A model generated the notes under the pieces. The model did no database searches and was not told where the DNA came from. It saw nothing but the letters and a program-made list of their open reading frames with translations. A stretch of 64,000 nucleotides of DNA from positions 67,455 to 131,454 of the IMG/VR virus record IMGVR_UViG_3300034155_000027. One strand, given 5' to 3'. This document shows positions 26,912 through 36,941 of this stretch, one piece after another. The position numbers were made by a program, and so were the translations under genes. The DNA comes from a virus (taxonomy: Duplodnaviria > Caudoviricetes). Every line of letters starts with the position of its first letter. Position 1 is the stretch's first letter.

Positions 26912-29900
26912 TTAGAGTTTTTTACCCTGGAAATAACTGTCAAAACATCCTTGTAAATCCATCTCAGTACTCTGAGTTGGAGGTGCCATAGGAAGATATA
27001 CTTGTCCAGCATCCATTAATCCAACAACAGGAACAGATGCTTGCTTTTTCATTGCTTGTTTTGATAAAAGACTCTTGACGCTATTAAATCCAGCATCATT
27101 ATATTTCAAAATCTCATCAACCTGATAATCAACCTGGCTTTGTGCAATCATGCCACATGTTACCATTTGATTAGCCATTTCATATGCTCTCTTAACTTTA
27201 CCCTTATACGCACTGTCTTCTTCAGCTTTCTTGGCCGAAGCGTGTTCTTGGGTTAGTTTATTAGCATAATCTTTGGCTTCTGAGTCTTTTGACGCACCCC
27301 AAAGAGCTTTCCAATATTTAACAGCTTCAGCATCAACACCATGAGAAACTAATTGATCAACATCTGCTCCAGCTAATTTACCTTCCGCAACCAAAGTCTG
27401 AATCTGTTCAGCTTGTTTACGAACTTTAGGAGGCATATTAGCTAAGTCTAACATGGCTTTTTCTAAATCTTTCTGCACATGGAACGCAGCACCAGGAACA
27501 GTTGGTTTAATATCTAAATTACCAGCATCAACAGCACTTGCACTTCCCTTAGGGTGCGCTTGCTGTGAAAGATCATTAAATCCAAGAAGTCCCTTTTGAG
27601 CTAGTTTAATTCTTGCTTCTGCACGATTTTGTTTAGAAGCCAAACTAATTGATCCGCCTTCTAATTCAACCGGGATAGGATCTCCACCCTTAGCAGGTGT
27701 ATATTTTGCATCCATAGCGTCTCCTGTATCTTTTAGTAATTCTTCAAGATCTAATCCCATATCATCAACCTCTTCATTTGAAATTTCACCATCTTCATTT
27801 TCTTTATTAAAGTCTAATTCTTTACTAACCGTAATGGTTTTTTCATCTTCGTTAACATTGATAATTTCTTTATCGGTCATAGGATTATATTCTTCTCCAC
27901 TTTCTGTTTTAATATCCCAACCATCATCTAATGCTTCAGATGTAAGTTCAATTGGACCACCAATAGAATCTTCGGTAATAATACCAAGTTCTAATGCCGT
28001 TTGTAATGGAGAACTTCCAAATTCATCATTTCCAAGACCTAAACCTTCAACATCATAAGCAGGAGCAATTTCTTGCGCTCTCTTTTGAAGTTCGGCTGTT
28101 CCCTGTGCATATTTAACAACAGCTTCCATTAGTTTACTAGTATCACCTAACATAGCTTTTGCGTCTTTAACAGCTTCAACAGTAAGATTGTTTAAATAAT
28201 TACGTTGTTTACCATTCATAGAAGCATAACTTTCTTTGTAAACTTTACGTGCCGTTTTAATTTCACGAATATGATTTGCAAGAGAAGTAATTGTTTCTGA
28301 AATTCCTTCCTGTAACATCCCGTTTACTCTCTTTCTCATAGACTGTAATTGAGAAGCTGTTTTAGGAGCAGCGGTTGGAGCGAATGCATCATCACCAGCT
28401 GTAGGAACTGCATCTAATCCTTCTGCATCTTCAGCAACAGGGCCACTGACTGAATCTTTTAATTCAGTAAGTTTAGCACCCATTTCGTTCTCTAAATCTT
28501 GAAGATCTTCAACAATGGCTTCTGGATCCCCACCCTCATCTCCAACAACTTCCGGAGGAACTAAATCATCTTCCATTGCCGGAGCTGGAGGAGGAGCTAC
28601 TGGAGCAGGCGGAGGAGGCGCTGCTTGTGCAGTGGTTTGTAATAGAGAAGAAGCTGTAGCCTTGAACCCTTCAGTTTGAATACGGCTTAAAAGAGATTTT
28701 CCAAAACGTTCTGTTGCTACGGCATCATAAAGTGAGTCTGAATTGCCTTTAGTAATTTGATTTACTGTAGCTGCTAAAATCTGACGGTCTCCAGCAAGCA
28801 CAACCCAACGAGAAGCAGACTTGTCAATTCGACCATCTGGAGTTGCGATTTTCTCAAAACGAGCTTTTAAGGAGGCACGAGAAAGTTTTTCTTTAGTAGC
28901 TAAATCATCACCATATAAACCATCTACTTTACCAACACCTGGGAAAGGAGATTTACCAACCATTTGCTTATCAAGCATACGATCTTTTTCATTTAAAGGA
29001 TCGGGAGTATAAGTTGGGCCTTTTTCTTTTGGTTCAGTAGTTCCTTGGAAATATCCACGACTTTGAAGTTGTTCTTTAGCCTTTTTTAAAGCTGATTCAC
29101 GGAACATAGCTCGTTCATTTTCATCAGCTAAGCGTTGAAGTTCTTTTTTAACTTGTTCATCACCTGGATACATCCCTTCAATATCACCAACGCCCGGGAA
29201 AGGAGTTGGGCCAACAAGGGTTTTGTCCATTTGGCGGGCTTTATCATTTAGTGGATCAACAGGATATTTCTTTTGTCCTGGTGTAGGTTCTTCTGTACCT
29301 TGAAAATATGCATTCTTTTTACTCATTGTTGGTTCCTCGTTCTTCTTAGTAAGTCTAAACAAATTCTCCTGTAGGCTTGCTATTTTGACTTGTGCTCCCA
29401 AAATTGCTCTCTGTAAATCTGAGGCATAAGTTGGAAACGCCTCAGGAGCATTCATCTGAATTGAAGAAGAATTATCTAAATCCTCCTCTATCAGGTCATG
29501 AGAGCAAGTTGGACCAACCGCATCACTCTCATCTTCTTTCATTCCATCGACAAGACCATCAATCTTATCGGTCAACTTCGTTAAATCATCCTTTATAGAT
29601 TCCAGATCTTGCGTAGAAATTTCTTTAGACGCTTCCTTTATCTGTAAATAATTTTCTAATAAAGCTGCTGCTACTGAAACATCACTAGCAATAATGTGTT
29701 TCACTTTGGCTTTTTTATCTGCCCCATTAACTACTAAAGATAATTCCATAGGAGACAACCCCATGTTAATTTCTCCATAGCAGCTTTTTAATTTCATATG
29801 TTGGCAAAAATCTTTTTCTGTTCTAGCAACTGTATGACATTCTGAACAAATTGCTCTATTCACAGCTACACCCATTGATACATCTTTAGATACACCAGAA

Positions 29901-31516
29901 GTAACTTTATCAGCTAAATCAGGATAATTTTTTTTATCTAAAGCACATAAAGCAATAATACGCTCTCTTTTTTCATCATAAACAGTATCAACAATTACCC
30001 CTCTAATTTTATCTACTGATTGTGATTGATGATCTAAGCATAAAGGCTTTCCAACCCAGTCTTTATAAGCCTCTTTAAGTTCAGATTTTGGAAAAATATC
30101 ACAATTATGTACAATCAAACCATTTGCTACATAAGAATGATCATCTTCTACTTCTATATTATACACACTTCCATTATACGGAAGATAATTCTTAGATAAA
30201 ATCGTATGAATTCTATAATTATCAATAAATCTAAAAAGTTTTACAAATTTAACATTACCAATAAAACTATTTAATTTATTTGAGTTTTTAGTAAAAACAA
30301 AACCTTCATTATATGGTATTTTTATTCTATATACAATATGTTTCCCAACAATAAACCTTCCTGATTTTAACAGAGATTTAGATGGTTTTTGTGTATAAAA
30401 AGTATTGTTTATATGTAAACTATTTAATATTACACGGATTTGATTAGCTAAATCTTTTGAAACTGTAGTTCCAATAATTTTACCAGAATATTTATCAATT
30501 CCTCCATCTCCTTCTAACCACCCGGTAATAAAAGCTGTTTTTATATTTGAAGAACCATAAACAATTGCACTAGATAATTTTTTACCATGACTATATAAAC
30601 CAACATGTTTTTCAAAGAAATTTGCAATTTCTTTATTTGAAAAAGATACTGTTGCTTTTTGATTGCAAACTTTTATTTTTGGTTTTATATTAAATTCTTT
30701 TTCAATTAATTCACATGTATCTTTGGCTAATGTATTTTCCTCATGATATCCAAATGAAAAAACAACAGAATTATTATTAAAAGATCCTTCTGCGGAAAAC
30801 AATCCTAAAAGACGAGCCTTGTTTTCATTAATTTCAGAATCATTAAAAATATTATTTAATACTGGAGCTAATAATAACGATCCTTTATTTAAATCATTTG
30901 CTTTAATAAAGTCGCAATCAAACATATTAGACTTTAATGATCTTGCTATATTTGTATCAATTGATTTTCTATTAATCGCAAAAAAAGGATGATCTAAAGT
31001 ACAAGATATAGGTAAACTATTTGCAATTTTAAAATTAACCAAATCACCAGTATATTGATTTATAAATGTTTTTGTAACTTTTTTAATTCTATTTTTATGT
31101 GTAATAACCTCATCACCAATAATAATGTCTTCAATGTTTTTAACAGACCCATCAGACATTAAAATTTGTGTTCCAGCAATAAAACAATTGCTATTTTTAT
31201 ATGGTTTAATAGATTTATCAGAACAAACCCATTTAATACTTTCTTTACCTACTTTTTCCCACACAGCGGTAACTGGCTCACCATTAGCCATTAGTTTTGG
31301 AGAACCATCTTCATTTAATAAGGCAGCTTCTGCTGCATGCATCATAATAGCTGTAAAATAAAGAAAGTCTTTAGCTTGTGGAGCGATAACTTTTAGTTCT
31401 TGTGCAAATTTAAACATTCGTTTTTCGATATCTAAATCTGCATCTGAGGCTAATTTTTCTAATGGATGAAAATCTTCTGGTTTTATAGCGACTGCCTCTC
31501 CTAATTTAATCAGCAT
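26912..31516 (-). CDS. Prohead maturation protease/scaffold fusion containing an intein
   Basis: The spliced extein reads KNSN|CDIFPKSEL..AYKDWVGKPLCLDH...RGVIVD...DVSMG...ELSLV..GAD, a phage prohead serine-protease-like pattern. Long acidic/coiled-coil C-terminal part; located between portal and capsid. Confidence 0.8.
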   Translation of the reverse strand: MLIKLGEAVAIKPEDFHPLEKLASDADLDIEKRMFKFAQELKVIAPQAKDFLYFTAIMMHAAEAALLNEDGSPKLMANGEPVTAVWEKVGKESIKWVCSDKSIKPYKNSNCFIAGTQILMSDGSVKNIEDIIIGDEVITHKNRIKKVTKTFINQYTGDLVNFKIANSLPISCTLDHPFFAINRKSIDTNIARSLKSNMFDCDFIKANDLNKGSLLLAPVLNNIFNDSEINENKARLLGLFSAEGSFNNNSVVFSFGYHEENTLAKDTCELIEKEFNIKPKIKVCNQKATVSFSNKEIANFFEKHVGLYSHGKKLSSAIVYGSSNIKTAFITGWLEGDGGIDKYSGKIIGTTVSKDLANQIRVILNSLHINNTFYTQKPSKSLLKSGRFIVGKHIVYRIKIPYNEGFVFTKNSNKLNSFIGNVKFVKLFRFIDNYRIHTILSKNYLPYNGSVYNIEVEDDHSYVANGLIVHNCDIFPKSELKEAYKDWVGKPLCLDHQSQSVDKIRGVIVDTVYDEKRERIIALCALDKKNYPDLADKVTSGVSKDVSMGVAVNRAICSECHTVARTEKDFCQHMKLKSCYGEINMGLSPMELSLVVNGADKKAKVKHIIASDVSVAAALLENYLQIKEASKEISTQDLESIKDDLTKLTDKIDGLVDGMKEDESDAVGPTCSHDLIEEDLDNSSSIQMNAPEAFPTYASDLQRAILGAQVKIASLQENLFRLTKKNEEPTMSKKNAYFQGTEEPTPGQKKYPVDPLNDKARQMDKTLVGPTPFPGVGDIEGMYPGDEQVKKELQRLADENERAMFRESALKKAKEQLQSRGYFQGTTEPKEKGPTYTPDPLNEKDRMLDKQMVGKSPFPGVGKVDGLYGDDLATKEKLSRASLKARFEKIATPDGRIDKSASRWVVLAGDRQILAATVNQITKGNSDSLYDAVATERFGKSLLSRIQTEGFKATASSLLQTTAQAAPPPPAPVAPPPAPAMEDDLVPPEVVGDEGGDPEAIVEDLQDLENEMGAKLTELKDSVSGPVAEDAEGLDAVPTAGDDAFAPTAAPKTASQLQSMRKRVNGMLQEGISETITSLANHIREIKTARKVYKESYASMNGKQRNYLNNLTVEAVKDAKAMLGDTSKLMEAVVKYAQGTAELQKRAQEIAPAYDVEGLGLGNDEFGSSPLQTALELGIITEDSIGGPIELTSEALDDGWDIKTESGEEYNPMTDKEIINVNEDEKTITVSKELDFNKENEDGEISNEEVDDMGLDLEELLKDTGDAMDAKYTPAKGGDPIPVELEGGSISLASKQNRAEARIKLAQKGLLGFNDLSQQAHPKGSASAVDAGNLDIKPTVPGAAFHVQKDLEKAMLDLANMPPKVRKQAEQIQTLVAEGKLAGADVDQLVSHGVDAEAVKYWKALWGASKDSEAKDYANKLTQEHASAKKAEEDSAYKGKVKRAYEMANQMVTCGMIAQSQVDYQVDEILKYNDAGFNSVKSLLSKQAMKKQASVPVVGLMDAGQVYLPMAPPTQSTEMDLQGCFDSYFQGKKL
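30104..31186 (-). mobile_element. 361-aa intein with LAGLIDADG endonuclease
   Basis: Starts CFIAGTQILMSDG; block B CTLDHPF; LLGLFSAEG and FITGWLEGDG; ends VYNIEVEDDHSYVANGLIVHN followed by Cys+1. Confidence 0.95.
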
Positions 31517-31669
31517 TTAGCTCTCCTGGATATTTTTATTTGCAGAAATATAATTTTTAGCTTTTTCCAAAGCATTTGCTAAAATTTTTGAACGATCTTC
31601 ATCGGTTTGTAATTCATTTTGTTCTGTAACAACTTTAACAAATTCTGCATCACCTGTCTTAACAAACAT
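31517..31669 (-). CDS. Small hypothetical protein (50 aa)
   Basis: Not in the ORF track. GGAG RBS, MFVKTGDAEFVKVV...; TAA abuts the protease ATG. Confidence 0.7.
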   Translation of the reverse strand: MFVKTGDAEFVKVVTEQNELQTDEDRSKILANALEKAKNYISANKNIQES

Positions 31670-31681
31670 ATAATCTCCACT

Positions 31682-32314
31682 TTATGGGGTAGTACCTTTA
31701 AGGGCTTCTTGTCTTTCTCTAAACAATTGAACAACTAAAGGAACTCTTTCTTGAATAGGTCTATCTAATTTTTCTGATAAATTATCTGCCCAATCTTTTG
31801 CTAAAATATTACTATCAATATGTTCTAATATTCTATCTGTAATCAATTGTCTAATTTGATTTTTTTGTTTTTTAATAGAATCAACTGTAGCAATTAAATA
31901 TTGTCTAAAATTAGTATCATTAAGATTCGTGAATATTGATATAAAAGTATCCATATATTTTTCTAACTCTTTAATAGTACCCATGAAAGAGTTCATAATT
32001 TCTTCTGTAGCAACATCGGTACTAAAACTATTCATTAAAGCAACACAATTATAAGCTAATTTGGTTATCTTAATAAATTTTTTCTGTACTTGGTCTCGAT
32101 ATTGTTTAAAAGTATCTCTGTATTTAACTATCATTTCCATATTTAAATTATCATATTTTGAAAATGGTAAATAGATATAATCTAAATATTTGGCTAAATC
32201 TTGAAATTCTGTTAATAATTGTTCAAAATGCTCCACGGCCTGTTCAGCCACTTTCTTTTCAGAATCTGGTACTTCGAAATTCATTTGTATAGAATAAGCA
32301 TTTCTACTAAGCAT
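31682..32314 (-). CDS. Hypothetical helical protein
   Basis: 210-aa ORF in the head module. Confidence 0.75.
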   Translation of the reverse strand: MLSRNAYSIQMNFEVPDSEKKVAEQAVEHFEQLLTEFQDLAKYLDYIYLPFSKYDNLNMEMIVKYRDTFKQYRDQVQKKFIKITKLAYNCVALMNSFSTDVATEEIMNSFMGTIKELEKYMDTFISIFTNLNDTNFRQYLIATVDSIKKQKNQIRQLITDRILEHIDSNILAKDWADNLSEKLDRPIQERVPLVVQLFRERQEALKGTTP

Positions 32315-32371
32315 TTAACACTCTTGAGTATATATCAGTTTATTGGTTTTGTTTTTACCAAAGAATTAGAT

Positions 32372-32677
32372 TTATTCATCGCTTTTAAAATTAATAGCTT
32401 TTATCGCAGCCATTAAAGCAATAGAATCAGGTTCATCTAAATCTTCGTATAAAGAACGATCAAAAACTTCTTTAAATGTTTTTTGGAATTTTTTACGACG
32501 ATCATCTTTACCTTTTCGTAATTTCCTCATTATATAACTATAACTTAAATCTATTTGAGGATTTTCCGAATCTGTAACTGCTGCATATGCACAAATAGCT
32601 TTTTTTGTTAACTCAGAATCTCCAAGTAACCTTAAATCTTTACAAATACCGGATAGTTCTTGTTGTAAATTTAACAT
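32372..32677 (-). CDS. Hypothetical protein
   Basis: 101-aa ORF, AGGA RBS. Confidence 0.7.
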   Translation of the reverse strand: MLNLQQELSGICKDLRLLGDSELTKKAICAYAAVTDSENPQIDLSYSYIMRKLRKGKDDRRKKFQKTFKEVFDRSLYEDLDEPDSIALMAAIKAINFKSDE

Positions 32678-33762
32678 TTAATTCCTAAATTTGAAAATGT
32701 TTTTACCAAAGAATTAGATTTATTTTTAGCCTCTTTTGGTATTTCAATATTTTTCTTTCTGTTTTCCATTAATCTAGAATACGTTTCATTACTTAAACCC
32801 ACATACCTAATTAAATAGACTGAAAGTTTTTTGGTAGGATTAACTGAGGCTCCAAGATCATGAAACAATATTTTATTTACATCAATCCAAATTTCAGCTT
32901 TACCAGCTGGTAGTAAAACAGGGCCGGCATTAACTTCAATTTCCATTTCGTTAGCACGTCTATGAGTAACTGAAGAAGATATATTTGGAAAATTTGTTTG
33001 TACTAAAATACTATTTTCTAATATTGATTTTTTTAAATTTTCTAAAAATTGTTCATAACCCATATTTAATATTGTTTCTACAGCTTCAGGTTCAATTACT
33101 TTAGATAATTGCTCAACTAATATTTTCCTGGTCATTTGATAAACATTAGAAGAAATAACAATATCATTTGGAGAATAATTAGAAAACCAAGAAAATTGAG
33201 TTATTGGTTGATTAATTCTTTTACCAATAGGTATCTCTTTAAACTGTGCCGGTAACATATTTAATAATTGTTCTACAACATCTTTATTTTTCTTATATCC
33301 TTTTGTAGTCCATCTTATATTGTCTTTTGCTATTTCTTGACCAGTTTCATCCACATAAGTAGTAGGAATAACAGCATCAGCTGCTCTCATTTTAGTACTT
33401 AATGTACTCATATCTTTAGTAACTTGAGCAATAGTACCTGGAACCTGTGATACTAATCTGGCAACTTCATCAGGATCTTGAGATTTAAAAGCTGTATCTA
33501 GTTTTTGTAATTCTTGAATAAGATTTGATAATGGCCCTTTCATATCATCATAAGCTTGTTCTACTTGATCTTTTTTATCAGCAAACTCAGGATTAAATCT
33601 GGCTTTCCACCAGTTTTTTACACGCTGTACAACCCCGGCAATACAAACCAAATCATTAGAATTTAATTGAATATCAAACGCCGCTTGACGAAGAATATGA
33701 ATATCTTGTTTTATTTGTTTTTCGGAAAATGTTTTTACCAAAGAATTAGATTTATCTAACAT
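32671..33762 (-). CDS. Hypothetical head-module protein bounded by an in-frame 31-bp direct repeat
   Basis: KSNSLVKTFS occurs at both termini. Confidence 0.75.
   Translation of the reverse strand: MLDKSNSLVKTFSEKQIKQDIHILRQAAFDIQLNSNDLVCIAGVVQRVKNWWKARFNPEFADKKDQVEQAYDDMKGPLSNLIQELQKLDTAFKSQDPDEVARLVSQVPGTIAQVTKDMSTLSTKMRAADAVIPTTYVDETGQEIAKDNIRWTTKGYKKNKDVVEQLLNMLPAQFKEIPIGKRINQPITQFSWFSNYSPNDIVISSNVYQMTRKILVEQLSKVIEPEAVETILNMGYEQFLENLKKSILENSILVQTNFPNISSSVTHRRANEMEIEVNAGPVLLPAGKAEIWIDVNKILFHDLGASVNPTKKLSVYLIRYVGLSNETYSRLMENRKKNIEIPKEAKNKSNSLVKTFSNLGIKC
32693..33755. repeat. 31-bp perfect direct repeat pair (32693-32723 and 33725-33755)
   Basis: GAAAATGTTTTTACCAAAGAATTAGATTTAT; the 25-bp core also occurs at 32351 and 50294. 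Confidence 0.92.
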
Positions 33763-33764
33763 TT

Positions 33765-34859
33765 TTATTTTCCAATAATATTTTGTGCCGCATTTAAAAA
33801 CTTAATACTGTTTTCCTCATCGCCAAATTTATCACAGATTTCTGATGCTTTAACTAATAAAACTGAAGCAATTCCTAAATTTCCAATTTCTTGTTCTTTT
33901 GCTGATTTTACTAATAATTTCATTATCTCAATTGCAGCTACTGTTTTTTCCGTTCCCTCTGGTGTTACTTCTAACGCAACCTCTGAAACAGGTTGATTTA
34001 TAACAGGTGGAATATTTTGTTGTGGTAAAATATTTGAAGGAGTTTCTATAACTGGTTGTGTTGGGTTAATTCCTGCAAAACTTGCCTGATATAAAGCCGA
34101 CATCTGTTTCTTAATATCAATAAATCTTTCTTGGTAATCTTTTGCTATTTTTATATAATTACCAAAATCATTTCTGTTTTCATCTAATTTTCTAAAAAAA
34201 TCTTTAATAGATTTATATGTAGTCTCAGCTAATCTCATAGCTTCTCTAGCTGATTCTTTTTGTTTACCTATTGTATTTTTAAACATACGTTCAAGAATAT
34301 TTCCTTTCATTTGATCTATTGAAGGAATATTTTCTTGAATCCATTGGCCTACACCCGCTTCCGTAATTAACTCAGGAGCAGCTATAGTATAAAGCAATTT
34401 TTTACCAGGAATTGCAGATGCTTTTATTGGCATTGTTACTTTACTACGCAACGGATTAGTTGGTGTTTCTCCAAGTGCTTTATGCATTTCTTCGATTTGA
34501 GATGGAGTTAACCCAGTATTTGAATTAAATTCTTTAATAATTTTATCTCTAAGAATTTCTAATTTAGGAATATCAGAAAAAATATTATCCATAATAGAAA
34601 GTAATTGCCAAGCATAATACATTACTTTTGGATATTCTCTATTTTTAAAAGCCATACGAGCTTGATGTATAGCCTCTCTAAGATCAGGATCTGATCCCTT
34701 GGCTATGTCTCTCATATTATTATCAATCCATGTAATTTCATCATACATCGATTGATAATCTTCAAATGCTAAATATCTAAAGACATTCATTGGATTTAAA
34801 TGTCTTTTTACAATATTTTTTATAGATTTTCTCTGAGCTTCTTTTTCAAGATAAACCAT
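33765..34859 (-). CDS. Hypothetical head-module protein
   Basis: GGAG RBS before MVYLEKEAQ. Confidence 0.75.
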   Translation of the reverse strand: MVYLEKEAQRKSIKNIVKRHLNPMNVFRYLAFEDYQSMYDEITWIDNNMRDIAKGSDPDLREAIHQARMAFKNREYPKVMYYAWQLLSIMDNIFSDIPKLEILRDKIIKEFNSNTGLTPSQIEEMHKALGETPTNPLRSKVTMPIKASAIPGKKLLYTIAAPELITEAGVGQWIQENIPSIDQMKGNILERMFKNTIGKQKESAREAMRLAETTYKSIKDFFRKLDENRNDFGNYIKIAKDYQERFIDIKKQMSALYQASFAGINPTQPVIETPSNILPQQNIPPVINQPVSEVALEVTPEGTEKTVAAIEIMKLLVKSAKEQEIGNLGIASVLLVKASEICDKFGDEENSIKFLNAAQNIIGK

Positions 34860-34904
34860 TAAATACTCCACTACATCTATCTAAGAAGCCAAAATATGCA
34901 TTAT

Positions 34905-36779
34905 TTAAAACAATGAAGAACCAGAGGGCTTACCACCAGACCCTATTGGAGCTGGAGGCGGAGACCCCGGCATTGCACTTGGTAAACTAGGTCCACCAGA
35001 TGTTTCACCTCCACCAGCCGGCGGAGTTTCATTAGGGCTTTCTCCAGGTACAGGTGCATCAGCAATTTGCTCAATTTCATCTCCTGGTGACATTGATCTT
35101 AATTCATGTAATGCGTGCTGTTGTAATGCTTCAAGTTCTTTAACTCTAATAGCATCTTGAATATCTTCATATTTAATTTTTCTTTGTTCTTCTTCGTATT
35201 CCAACCCAAGACTTCTATATAATGTTTGTAATGATACTCTTTTTTGAGCTCCTTCTCCCTGAGAAAGATTAACCATATTATTAATATAAGAATCCATATC
35301 AAATAATGACATGTGGTTCCAATCAATCTCTGGTACGATTAAAGTCTTTTCTCCTTCAATATATTCATAATCATCATTTAATTGAGAAATAGGAGCAAAA
35401 ATACGCTTACGCAACCAAGAAGAAATATACTCTCTAAATTGTAAATACCTTTGTCGTAAAACATCTAATGCTACAGAACCGGTTGCATATGTAGTATCAG
35501 AACCATCCATAATTACTGATGGTACCATTAAGCCAATATAAATTTCTTTAATTAATTGGGTGATATCAGCAGATGTATCATAAATACCTTGACCAGCCCC
35601 AATTCTTTCTATATTAACAGCATCATGTGTAAAAATTCTAAAATCTTTATTAGAAGCAGCTGATTCAAAAACATTTCTCCAACTCTCTAAATCTACTGGT
35701 GTTGGTCTAAAATCTTGATTTCCAATTTTAACAAGTGTTAAAGGATTTATTAAACTTTCTGCTTGATAGTATTTACTTTCTCTTAATCGATCCCACAACA
35801 TTAACGCTCTGAAACATGATACTGGTAATCCAGTTCCTCTAGTTTCAAATGGTGCAATTCTTCTAGCTATATGTGATACATAAAAGTTGTTTAATGGAAT
35901 ATTTTCATTTCGTCTAACATGTTCAATAATAGAAGGATCAAGTTGTTTTCTTTGCTGAATATCCGATGGTAAATTACCAGATACAACCCTTCGTAAATTT
36001 TCATCTGGACGCAAACTAATAATTGGTTCTGTTGCAATGACACTTCTCTGGATATTTACATAATCCGGATTTAATATCATCAACCTGCTCCACGTTCCTT
36101 TATTTTCATCTAATTCTGCATAGGCAAACGCTTCTCCAACTGTCCAATATTCTTGGGCCAATTGTACACACACATTCATCAAATCAATTTCCTCCATCAT
36201 CTCTCTACAGCGCTTTTCTACTTTTTTACTTTTTGATTTGATATTTAATTTTGCAATAGGATATGTAGAGTGTAATGTAATAGCATTATGAACAATAGGA
36301 TTTAAAGCAAAGAAAGATCTACACCAAGCATTGATAGTTGTTCTATCTCTTGGTAAACTTAAATTTGAGTTCAACCATAATGGAGAATAAATTTCTGGCA
36401 TTTGTTGAACGCTATCATTAGAACCACGCCAACCACCAGATCCAGATGTTAACGGACTAGAATTTGCTATTTTAAATAAATTTTTACCATTATGAGATAC
36501 TACACCAGCTTGTGTTGGTATGTTTCGTAATGATTTTTCTTCAGAGCCCCTAACAGAAAACCCAGAGCCTTGTTCTCTTAATTCTCCAGCTTCTAATTGT
36601 AACTCCATTAATTCGCGTCTTTCAGCACTAACACCTCTAACCATATTATTGGATATTACAGGAATATTAGATCCGGCTAATTGTTTTTGGTGCATTAATT
36701 TTTCAGAACGACTTAAAATTGTTTGATTATTTTCAAGAAGTTGCTCTGCACGAGTTCTGTTATTATTTATTTGAACCAT
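34905..36779 (-). CDS. Portal protein
   Basis: Follows the terminase; RSFFALNPIVHNAI..H..YP, EYW..GEAF, LNPDYV, RGTG, Pro/Gly-rich tail. Start moved to MVQIN. Confidence 0.8.
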   Translation of the reverse strand: MVQINNNRTRAEQLLENNQTILSRSEKLMHQKQLAGSNIPVISNNMVRGVSAERRELMELQLEAGELREQGSGFSVRGSEEKSLRNIPTQAGVVSHNGKNLFKIANSSPLTSGSGGWRGSNDSVQQMPEIYSPLWLNSNLSLPRDRTTINAWCRSFFALNPIVHNAITLHSTYPIAKLNIKSKSKKVEKRCREMMEEIDLMNVCVQLAQEYWTVGEAFAYAELDENKGTWSRLMILNPDYVNIQRSVIATEPIISLRPDENLRRVVSGNLPSDIQQRKQLDPSIIEHVRRNENIPLNNFYVSHIARRIAPFETRGTGLPVSCFRALMLWDRLRESKYYQAESLINPLTLVKIGNQDFRPTPVDLESWRNVFESAASNKDFRIFTHDAVNIERIGAGQGIYDTSADITQLIKEIYIGLMVPSVIMDGSDTTYATGSVALDVLRQRYLQFREYISSWLRKRIFAPISQLNDDYEYIEGEKTLIVPEIDWNHMSLFDMDSYINNMVNLSQGEGAQKRVSLQTLYRSLGLEYEEEQRKIKYEDIQDAIRVKELEALQQHALHELRSMSPGDEIEQIADAPVPGESPNETPPAGGGETSGGPSLPSAMPGSPPPAPIGSGGKPSGSSLF

Positions 36780-36941
36780 TATACTCTCATTCAAACTATA
36801 TATCACTTAATCAAATAAGAAAAATTGTTCTACAACTTTATTATCTACTAATATATATCTTAATATTATCTTTTTTCTGGTTTCTAAATCATGTACAGTT
36901 TTTTACCAAAGAAATATATTTTTACTTACCACAATAGATTA

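Noticed and set aside
29040-29320. YFQG repeats as TEV-like protease sites
   Set aside because: No ENL context or potyviral-type protease; better explained as an internal repeat of the scaffold.
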